DNA of 64,000 nucleotides from positions 1 to 64,000 of the forward strand of contig JAAOMT010000627.1 in assembly GCA_016748015.1 (NCBI GenBank), written 5' to 3'. Position numbers and translations under genes: made by a program. This document shows positions 12,750-22,900 of this stretch, piece after piece (position 1 is the stretch's first letter; every line of letters starts with the position of its first letter). The notes below the pieces were generated by a model that ran no database searches, was not told the origin of the DNA, and saw only the letters and a program-made list of their open reading frames with translations. The stretch is from Geosiphon pyriformis uo1. Taxonomy: Eukaryota; Fungi; Glomeromycota.

Positions 12750-14094
12750 TCATTTGTGATAAACTGTTGGCATTTCCATTTTCTTTTCCTTTTTTGTAGT
12801 GTATGATATATTTAAATGGTGAAAGTTCTATTTTTTATTGAGCATGACAATCATTTCCAAATTCTTGCTTCTGAATTGAAGTCAATCCTTTATGATCAGT
12901 GTAAATATTAAACTTCTGGCTTAAGTATTCTTTTCATTTCATGACTGCCCAATAGATTGCTAAGTGTTTTAATACTGGTGTTCTATAGTTCTTTTCAACT
13001 GGATTCAAACTTCAGCTAGCATATACTACTGAATGTTTTCTTTCATTTGGTTCTCTCTGTGATAGTACTGTTCTCAATGCTTGGCCTGATGTATTGGTGG
13101 TAATAATGAATGGTTTGCTGTAATTTGAATACATCAACACTAGAGCTTGAATAATCTTTTTTCTTAATATGTCGAAAGCTTCTTGCTGGTTTTCTGTTTA
13201 TTCATACTTGATGTTTTTTAATTGGAGCTGGTGTAATGGCTGGGCCAGTTTAAAAAAGTCTTTGATAAAGTGGCAATAGTATTTAGCAAATTCCAAGAAT
13301 GCTTTTAGTTCTGTCAAGTTGGTTGGTACTGGAAAGTTCTTGACTATCTCAATCTTGTCTGGATCTGTTTTGATATTGTTTTTGCTTACAACATGTCCCA
13401 AAAACTTGAGTTCAGTTTTTCCAAAGAAATACTTGGTTGCATTTAATTTTAATCTGGCTTTTCTTAATCTTTCAAACATTTGTTAGAAATGATGCAAATA
13501 ATTGTCAAATGTCTTGGAGAACACATTTATGTTATCTAAGTAAACAACTACTGATTTTCATAGTAGTCTAATGTAAACAATTTCCATTAGTCATTGAAAG
13601 GTGGCTGGTACATTCATCAAACCAAATGGCATTACTTCAAATTCGAAATTCCCTTTTCACATTGTAAAAGCAGTTTTCTTTTTATCTTCTGGTTTCATGA
13701 CTACTTGCCAGTAACCACTGTCTAAGTCCAGAGTTGAAAACCATTTCTTTCCTCTAAAAGCATCAAACAGTTCTTGGATCTTTGGAGTTAAGTAGCTATC
13801 TCTTTTTGTTACTCCATTCAGTTTTTTATAATCCACACAAAAATGGATTTTCCCATTTTTTTTATAGACTAGTACCACTGGTGATAACCATGGGCTTATT
13901 GATGGCTGAACTAGCCTGTTGTTAAGCATCCAATTAATTTCTTGACGAATGATTTCATGGCTGGCTGGTGGTACTCTGTATGCTTGTTGTTTTATTGGCA
14001 TCACATTTCCAGTCTTGATCTGATGCTGAATAATGTCAGTATGGCCAAATTCATTTTCACTGACAAAAATGTCATTAAAGTTGTTAAATAACAT
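12750..14094 (-). pseudogene. Reverse transcriptase and RNase H of element B
   Basis: PWLSPVVLV, HFCVDYKKLN, FSTLDLDSGYWQV, KKKTAF, VMPFGL, VVYLDN (D>N), LKFLGHVVS. Confidence 0.95.
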
Positions 14095-14574
14095 CTTGAG
14101 CTGTATATGTTAAAATGAGTCTAAGTTTTCTATATTCATTTGTTCCAATTGTTCTGATTGGAGCAGATAACATTTATTCCATCTGTAAATTGTTTGTGAC
14201 ATGATATCCACATATCCACAAAGCTGTAGAAAATCTGGAATGAAGTTTGGTGGCTGTTCTTCAACTTCAGTGCTTAAATATCCAATGGTGGTTTTTTTTA
14301 ATATTTCTATGATGTTTTTTGTTGTGTTGTAGATGGGAATTTTGATATGGTTCTTGTTTTTAGCTAGTATGTAAAGGTTGGTAAGTCTAATTTCTCCTGA
14401 TTTGCAAATAGTTGGTTCCATTTCAAAAATTTGTGTCTGATTCTTCACTTTTCTTTCTATGATTAACATGTACTGGTCATATGGTGGAATGGAAATTAAT
14501 TGATAGATGGATATAATTTCTTTCTTGTTAATAATCTCTTCTTCTGCCATATTGACTGATACATCTATTCTACC

Positions 14575-14955
14575 TATTGATTCGAATTCCTGTATCCCTC
14601 TAGCTGTAATTCCTAATTTTTTTCTATTTCCCACTGATACTAATTGAGCTATTTTAACTAAAGGCAGAAATATTGTCTGTGCTATCTTTTTATTTGGCTC
14701 TATAATATAGGCATTTTCTGAGTCATTTTGTAGCATAACAATAATATTTTCTACATATATGGCATCAATTATTTCTCCTCTGATGCTGATTTCTTTTTTT
14801 GCTAAGCTATTTTTAGATGCTAATTGAACTATTGTTGTTGTAGAGATTTCCAGTACTACTTTAAAATCAATACAGGTGCATAAATGTGGTTTTAATTTGA
14901 TGGCATTTTTTCCCATATATCTTAGATCAAACTCTGCATCAGTATCATGTGCACA
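14575..14955 (-). pseudogene. dUTPase domain within Gypsy pol (between protease and RT)
   Basis: All five trimeric-dUTPase motifs are recognisable despite G>A decay: DAEFDL (AGxDL), ASKNSLA (RSS), GEIIDAIYVENI (GxIDxxYxG), KIAQ, RGIQEFESIG (RGxxGFGSxG). Confidence 0.9.
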
Positions 14956-15199
14956 TTCTGACATAATATCTTCATCATTGTTACTGAACCATCTGAGTTT
15001 CTGCTTCTTGGAGAGATCAGGAAGTGTGATGTACTGTTTGGAGTCTGAATCTGAGTTTAAATCATTGTTGTTATTGCTGTTGCCATTTTGAACAATGCTG
15101 GAACTATTGTTGTTATTATTGTTGGGGTTTGAATCAGAATTAAAAGTTGAATCTAATTCTGATACACAGCTGCTGATTGGTTCTTTTTCTTCTAGAATT

Positions 15200-15880
15200 G
15201 TATAGATCTTATGTGGTGTTAGATTGTAGATAAGGTTATACTCATTACAATACTAAAAGTCACATGAGATCAAACAGTGGTCACATAATTGGGTGTTTAT
15301 TTCTTTCAAGTGCTGTTCTTGTTCCTTTCAAATGGGTGCTAAATTTTGGTATTGTTCATGGAATTCCTTTGGGTCTGTCTCAATATTTAAAAAGGTGTTA
15401 AGATTGGAAATAAGAACAACTTCAACTGGTTCTGGTGAATTGTTTTTTATATCTAAGATCTCACTGGGCAAAGCACCTGCTATCTTAACATTGACTATTC
15501 TCCAAATCTTGCCTTTGTTATGTGGATAATTGTCCAGGCGAGAGATTGCTCGATGCCAGGTTGCAGTTATTGGGATTTCTTGACTTACCCAATTGTTAAT
15601 AAGAATTGTGTATTGACATGATGCATCACAGGTTCCTTCTCGACCAAAAATGTTGTTCCATATTTCTTTATTAAGCAGTTATTCACTACAAGCAAGACAT
15701 GGCTCATTGTCTCACTTGCCTTAGGGTTTTGAATAGCCATAGTGTTTATGGTGGCATAGTTTGCAATAGTAATGGATTTATGTCTAGTAGTCTTTATCAG
15801 GCACAACTCAAGCTTTTATGGAGGACAACTTTTTCTTGCAGTTTTTGCACTTGAGTGAGATATAGGGTGGCTCTGATCTG
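15200..15880 (-). pseudogene. Unknown Cys-rich, putative Zn-binding domain in pol
   Basis: Manual translation in the pol frame: KCKNCKK, YYCKLCHH, PCLACSE, GTCDASCQY, LCDHCLISCDF*YCNE. Confidence 0.7.
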
Positions 15881-16089
15881 GTGTTAGTTGAATAAGAACT
15901 TCTCCAACCACTGGTAATTTCATTAGTAGTATCTTTTTGTGGCTTGTCTTCTTCTTTTTTTTTCTTTTTGTTGTCCCAAAACAGTATTGGTAGTAATTCA
16001 TTGTGGTCAGTGTAGCTCATGAAACTTGGTAGGCTTTCCAGATAGGTTTTTTTTCTTCTTCTTCAAATTCAATTAGTGGTGCAGTTGTA

Positions 16090-16480
16090 ATGGTCTTGAA
16101 GTGTTTACAAGTGACTGGTATTCTAATATGTTACCCATTTTGGCTGAGCTGTAGTTCTTGGATGTTCTAGTCAAGCACAGCATTAATTTTAGACAACCAG
16201 TTATTACCAATGAAAGCTTAATACTGGGTGGCTTCCATGACTAAAATCTTGATTGGTACAATGATACTATTGACTTCGATAAGAAAATTGTTGATTTCGC
16301 TAATTAGAGTTTTGGTGGCTTTATTAGCAGTAATAATTTTGGCACTGGCAGCATAATCAACTTGGCAACCTAATTGGTTCATGAGTTGTTGTGTGATAAT
16401 GCTGTCTGCTAAACCACTGTCTAAGATCAGCTTGATGGTCTGCCTATCAACCTTGGCATTAGTGTACATAACAATAATGA
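16090..16480 (-). pseudogene. Retropepsin-like aspartic protease of element B
   Basis: MYTNAKVDRQTIKLILDSGLADSII (catalytic DSG), followed by a degenerate ALxGNxWL-type motif. Confidence 0.9.
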
Positions 16481-17059
16481 GTTTCGTATTAAGGGTGGCT
16501 CCACTAAAGAGAGAGGTTTCAGTTGGTCTTTTAATTTCAAAGGAAAAAATGACTGCTAACAATTCGTTATTTGTGATAGTGGCTAGAAGTATGTTGTTAT
16601 TAATTGTTTGCTTTAGGGAGGTTTCCAGGTTGTTGTTGGTTAAGACATCTTCTGGGATAACCAGGAAACTCAGATAGTTTTGGGAACTCTGATTTTGATT
16701 GTACCTGTTTTCTGAATTCCTGGAATGTGATTCTACAGTATGGTTGGATAAACTGAAGATTGGTTAATGTACAACTATCACTGATTTCCAGTTTTGCTAA
16801 ACAATTCTCAGTCTTTGGTTTCTGGATGACATCTGAATTGGATTGTATGGTGGGGTTTGAATTTGTTGTGGCTAATATATTACTTGTGACTGTGGCTGGT
16901 AAATAACTGGTGCTGGAGTTTAATAAACTGGGATTTGGTAGATTGGTTGCTGTGCTATTTGAGTATAATGTGGTTGATAGTGATCTTAATTTGAGTAGTG
17001 GTTCAGAGTTTGAAATCTGCGATTGGAGTTTTGATTTTGATTCTCCAATCATAGATTAT

Positions 17060-18791
17060 TGCTATAAACTTGGCAGTTAGCTCTGATGTGACCTTGTTTA
17101 CCACAATTGTAGCAATTATGTGTCTCTTGCTGTCATGGCTAATTGGATAATGATGATGAGGGACATGACTGATTTCAGAAACAATTTGCATTTCTTGAAT
17201 TATTGCATCATTGTGGAGGCTAATAAATTGTTCGATTGTCAGCTAAGTATTCTTCTAGTTTCTGATTAATTGAATTACTGAATTGTTTTAATTTGGAATC
17301 CAATTCAGATGATCTATTTATTACTAGATTTACAGCTTGGGCATGATTGGTTTTAAGTTCAGCTGCTTCAAAATCTCTGGTATTTGTAACAGTGGCTTGA
17401 AGGTTTGTTGGATGCAAAAGACATATGCATTGAAGAATACTACTGCACAGGCCTCTAATAAATTGGTTTAGAATTTGTGGCATTGTAAAATAATCGACCT
17501 GTATTGCCTGAATTTGGCACAAATTCCTGTGGAAATGTTCCAAGTAAGTAGTAACTGTTTTAGTTTCTCCTTGTTTAATGGTAGTAAAAATGTTGGCTAA
17601 GTGGTTGATGCTATTATTATTGCTGAAATATTGCAGAAACACAAGCTTGAATGCATTGAAATTTTGGAGTTTGTTACCCAGACTTTGATACCATGAATTA
17701 GTGATATCCTGGAGGAAATATGGAATGGCTTGTATGGCTCTGGTATTATTCCATCCATTGGCCACAATGGCTTTTTCAACATCATTTAGTCACACCTGGG
17801 CATTGTTTTTTTTGCCCATGAACTTTTCAAGTTTTGCTATTGGAGCATAGACTATTGGATCCAAGTTTGATTGCTGTTGTTGTTATGATGGTGGTGGTTA
17901 AAGCAGTTATTGAATAGATTGCTGAAGTGGCTGCTGTTGAATCAGTTCAATAATTGGTTCAATTGGTGGCTGATCAATGACAATTACTGGAGGTAAGTTT
18001 TGCTGATTAATTGTTTTAGGGTTTGGATTGTTTTGAGTTTGCTGGGTTTGAATGTTCAGAGTTTCAACTTCCAGATTTTCTAAGATTGGGTTTTGGTAAG
18101 TAAATTCCTGATCTTCATTTTTTTTTTTCTTTTCTTCTGATTTTGTTACTTCCCACAGATCAGTTGTTCCAAAGTCTGGTGGGAGTAATAGTAATCAAAA
18201 TCTTGATAGTGTTGGTGATCATGATTTAAATCCTTTAAAATATTTGCCATATGGTCCTAATAATTCTGTTCTTCTTTGTTTACTTTGAAATAGGAATCAT
18301 CCAAAGGTTAATGTCATATTTGATGTGAATTCATTTGCCAAGGAGATATTGATGGCACTTCCTAGTGTATAATGGTATGATAGATTGGTTGGTGATTCAA
18401 CTTTGGTTTTCTTTTAAGTGGGTGATTGTATTTTTTTGGGTGTTATCACTGGTGTTTGCAATTTTTCTTTGTCTTTGTTTACATAGGTAATGGAGAATTG
18501 TTGCTGGGTGTATCTTTCAATGGTTTGATTAATTTCCTTGATGATTGGTGCAAAACTGTAGTTTTTTGGTAAGCTAGTATGTTGAAACAATTCTGTATAG
18601 AAATTTTTTTTTGCAAATTCAATGTTAATTGTTTCTCCTAAGCAGTCTGTAATTTTATCATTGATGTAAAAGTTGAAGACTGATTCTGCTGGAAAATGGT
18701 TGTTGTTTAATCCTAACTGTTGGCTGTACTGTTGAAACAAGAATTTGGTAAATCTTAAATGGTTTGCTCCTATGATTTCTAATTCTGCCAC
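17060..18791 (-). pseudogene. Gag of element B (long N-terminal extension, capsid domain, CCHC knuckle)
   Basis: ORF 17220-17765 is retrotransposon-gag-like (ANGWN...IKQGETKTV...NQFIRGL). CYNCGKQGHIRANC at 17073-17114. ORF 18414-18791 is in the same frame. Confidence 0.88.
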
Positions 18792-18834
18792 TTTTGAATG
18801 ATTGTTGTTGGTACTGGTTTTTTGTAGAATTATA

Positions 18835-18851
18835 CCTCACAAAGAGCACCA
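18835..18851 (-). promoter_or_regulatory. Primer-binding site TGGTGCTCTTTGTGAGG
   Basis: Lies 2 nt inside the 5' LTR end. Complementary to a tRNA 3' end ...CCUCACAAAGAGCACCA, which resembles elongator tRNA-Met or tRNA-Ile(UAU) ends. Confidence 0.85.
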
Positions 18852-18853
18852 AA

Positions 18854-19751
18854 TGTTACAGGTAATTATTTGGGGTCTCAAAGTAAATAACAAACCTGTA
18901 ACTTGGTACTTAATTAATAACATTAGTAATGTCTGAAAGTGTTTTGATCTGAAGGTTTTTTATTGGAATTCTTTGTATAATAGACAGAGATTCTCATGTT
19001 ATTTTATTTATAACTTCTTGGAATCGCAATTTTGTCAATTTTTTTCTTAGCATGGTAGCCAGCAATCTTTTGGTAAGCAATCTGTAATTCTTACATGTTC
19101 TACCCACTCACAGGAATCTTTTACCAAGCAATCTTTGATGTCAATACTTAACACTTAATTCTCAATCAATTAGTATACACAACAAAATAAAGCAAAAATA
19201 AAGAGATAAGAAAAAATAAAGACAATAAGCCAAGACAATATAAGTTAGTATCTTGTCAATAGCCATAATCAAGGGCTATTGTTCCCATGGGTTTTAAGTA
19301 TTAATTACTATTAACATTTAGAGTTGATAGCAAACAATTGAATTTGAGATGCTGAATAAATATATTTTTTGATATTTTAGAATGATATGGTTTCTAATTG
19401 GGGAATAATAACTAATAAATTTTTGTCTGGGGATTCTGTTTTTTCTGCTTCTAATGCTACTGCTATATATATGTATTTTCTAGTTTTACAGAATTGTTTT
19501 GGATCATTTGTTCTTGCTAGCTATTATTTTGTTTTCTTATATTATAACTAATTATTCTATGTTATAATATATTATCTGATATTATTATGCATTATTCTAT
19601 GTTATTCTGCATTATAACACATTATTCTATATTATAAAGCATTATCCAATATTATTGTGCATTATTCTGTGTCCCTTCATGTTTTGTCATGTTTTTCTTT
19701 AGGTTACATTTTTTTTTCTTTTTTTGATAGGCTTTCTTTTTTCAAGTAATA
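18854..19751 (-). repeat. LTR family B (5' LTR)
   Basis: Direct repeat of 9559-10476, adjacent to the PBS. Confidence 0.95.
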
Positions 19752-19985
19752 ATAACAAGAAAAAACAAGATTGTAGAATAATAAAATAGATTAAAGAAAA
19801 TTTAACTTTAAAAAATAAATTAAATAAATATGGATTTAATATACAAGATCAGTCTTATAAAATATTTTAATTGTTAATTTTTTTTTTTTTATTAGTTTAA
19901 CAAGTAAAGCCCAATTATTATCTAATACAATACAATTATCTAAAAGTTTTAAATTAAATGTGATTTATGCTTTTGCTATATGTAA

Positions 19986-22900
19986 CTAGCCACTTAGCAA
20001 ATCAAGACTACACTGTACAACTATATTTACTGTGACTTTACCAGTAGCATTACTGAAAAACAAATGGCCAATACTCAGGCCAAAGTTGGTGACATAACCC
20101 CTTTCAATTCCCAACAACTGAGCAACACCATCTAAAACCTTAGCAAGAAGATCCCAAATAATATCATAAAAAAACTCATTCACACATAGTGATCTATGAT
20201 ATTCTATTTTAGCTTGAAGTTTTGAGTTAGGCATTCAGATTCACTTCCTATGGCCAGTGGTCATATCTCGAACAAACTTAACTAGATGAGACATTATAAG
20301 CTTAGTATCCATGAAAAATGCTTTAGCATCTGCCAACTAATCTTCAAACACAAGACCCTTGCACAAAATTGTGTAGAGACCAACATCAAAAACAGAAGAA
20401 GCCAAAGACTGCAAACTGCAGATAACAACAAGATTGCCCCAGTAAGAGACTTTTAAAGAGAAAAATACTCACTTAACAAGCTCTGACATGTCGAAAAGTC
20501 CAAGCAACAAACAAAACTATGATCTGAAAAATCTACCTCCTCACAACATACACATAATATACTAGGATAACTAGGATTATATAAGTGTTTTCTTATAGCC
20601 ACAGGCAACTTTCTGTGTAAAGCTTTCATCAAATACATGTGCAAACTGACAGTGGCCCTGCTCATATATTCCGCAAACATATGGGAGTCAGAGTGTCAGA
20701 CCAAGACAGTACAAACCCAATTTATGTCTCCAACCCATGAAGGATCTACAATGCTCAAATCAGGTCCAAATTTCCATTGAAAGCATCTAATAGTATTATT
20801 TGTTTTTCTAATGAAGTGGTGTACATTGCCAGAAATCAACTTACTATCTACCATCAAGATCTTTTCTTTGACATTTGCTGGAAGAACAAGTCTTGATGAC
20901 ATGACTAGATTAGCCAACCAATTAGTGTGCTTATTGTCTAACACACCAAAGTGACCCTTCACCTTTGTCCAAGTAACAGAAATGTTTTTACATTTAACCA
21001 AATTGCTAATATGATGGCATTCTATCCAGCATTTGTTGCAAAAATTGGGAGCCACCAATCTTAACTCTGCTTGACAAGCATCCAAAAAAGTCTGACTATC
21101 AGAAAAAACTATAACATTCGAAAAAGCCAGAATGCACTTAAGAGCCAGTGTAACAGCCTGTATTTCAGTTAGGATAGATGATAGCAAACCATGAACTTCC
21201 ACACTTATGTGCAAACTCAGATCAAAAAAATAGGTGGCAGCTCCTTCAACAGTGTCAGAAGTACCAAAACCTTTAACAGAACCATCAGTATAAACTAAAA
21301 TCACTGGCAAAGAAGCGTTTTTCAAACTAGAATGAATGAAACCAAAGTGGTTCATATTAGAAACATCTAACTTGGAAGAGGACTCAAAAGCAGGAGAGGA
21401 ACTTTTAACCAAACCACTACTCTTGACAAAATCTGAAACCAATGTAAATCATAAGGGAACTGGACTTCTGAAATCCAATTATTTCCAACAGCAAAAATCT
21501 TTTCAATTAAAACATTCTTCATGACTGTTCAATAACTAGTCTGCAAAAATGACCCCAAAACATTTCAGTGATTTGCAAATCTGGAGATACAGTGCCTGGC
21601 CCAAAATATCTAAAAGAGGAAAATTATGAGACGAAAAGCATTGGGCAAGCCATTAGCCAAGAAGATCTTATTATGCAAAAAAATTTTTGTAACACCAGCC
21701 AGAAAATTGTTTATTGAATTGACCATTAACTTAACAAAAAATTGAAGAGGGTTTCAAGATATCCAGCCCAAAACCTGCAAGTCTATTAACCTATGCCCAA
21801 ATAGTTAACCTATTAACCCAATATTATTAGTGAAATGAGACTTTTGCTTCTGCTTGGACTTGTTCAAAAGGCTTCAAATTGTATAAAGAGGGATAGTGCA
21901 CCACCTCATTAGAAAAGTCCCTAGGCAAACTGGTCTTAGACTTCAACCCCTTTCTAATCATATGATTTTATTTCTTACACGTGCCTCTATTAACGAAATT
22001 GAGTTCTATATTTGACTATGGGCTGTAAAACAGTCAATACCAAATAAGAGAACTGCTTGTCTGTGATAGGTTTGCATAAAACCATGGATAAGAAAAATTT
22101 GACATCTGAATTTGCCTTCTTTAAATTTGGACTAGAAAGATCTTTAGTTGACAGAAAAATACCTAGATACTAATGAGTCTCACCAGTCTTAGTAATTGAA
22201 ATTGGAGACTCACTTAATTCTAAAGAGATATTGCTGGTCCTTGAGTTAATAAGAATGGTAACTGTCTTTTCCATGTTAATTAATATATTCATTAATTCAA
22301 AGAACTCACTAGCAATGTTCAAAATATTCTGTGTTATTGTATAACAATTGCCAACCCAAATAGTATCATCCATGAAAGCACTAGCAGCCAAATAAGAAGT
22401 CAAACCAGCATTTAACTCTATTTTGCCTGTTCTGGCTACGAATTTGGAATTGATCCAGTACTCAAAAAATGACTCATGTTTCTTCACCTTGCACAACAGA
22501 GAATCATAAAAAATTCTCCACAAAAGAGAAGAAAAAACTTCCCCCTGGTTCAGACTATCATGGACTTTGTAACTCTTGAACAAACCAAAGTCTGTCATAA
22601 CTCTATTCATGTGGCCATTGTGAATACTACCATAAAACCTGACAAACTTCTCACACATTTTGATTCTCTCTAAACTACCCTTCAAATGCAATCAGCCTAC
22701 TGAATCATAAGCTTTGTGCATGTCCTAAAGTACCAGCCAGAGTTCTCTGCCTTTTTCTAAAGCATTTTCCACAACAAATCCTATGACAAAAATAGGGGAT
22801 TGAGTAGAAGTGCCTTTCAATACTGAAAAGTTGTCTTTATGCAGAACATTGTGTGTGCTGCAAGCTTTCAAAATACAATCAGATAAAATTTTTGAAAAAA

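Larger units (their letters stand above)
9559..19751 (-). mobile_element. Full-length but mutated Gypsy element family B (~10.2 kb): LTR-PBS-gag-PR-Cys-rich-dUTPase-RT-RH-IN-ORF3-PPT-LTR
   Basis: LTRs 18854-19751 and 9559-10476, TSD ATAG/ATAA, PBS 18835-18851, PPT 10477-10493. Domains are read from the ORF track and manual translation. Confidence 0.95.

Noticed and set aside
14110-14964. Stand-alone or horizontally acquired functional dUTPase gene
   Set aside because: It lies in the pol region between paired LTRs, and conserved glycines are mutated.
16600-17052. Possible programmed gag-pol frameshift (open 150-aa ORF and CCCAAAAC near 16680)
   Set aside because: The gag ORF (17220) and protease ORF (16218) are in the same frame. 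The 150-aa ORF is an off-frame shadow, open only because CAA>TAA changes hit the true Gln-rich frame.
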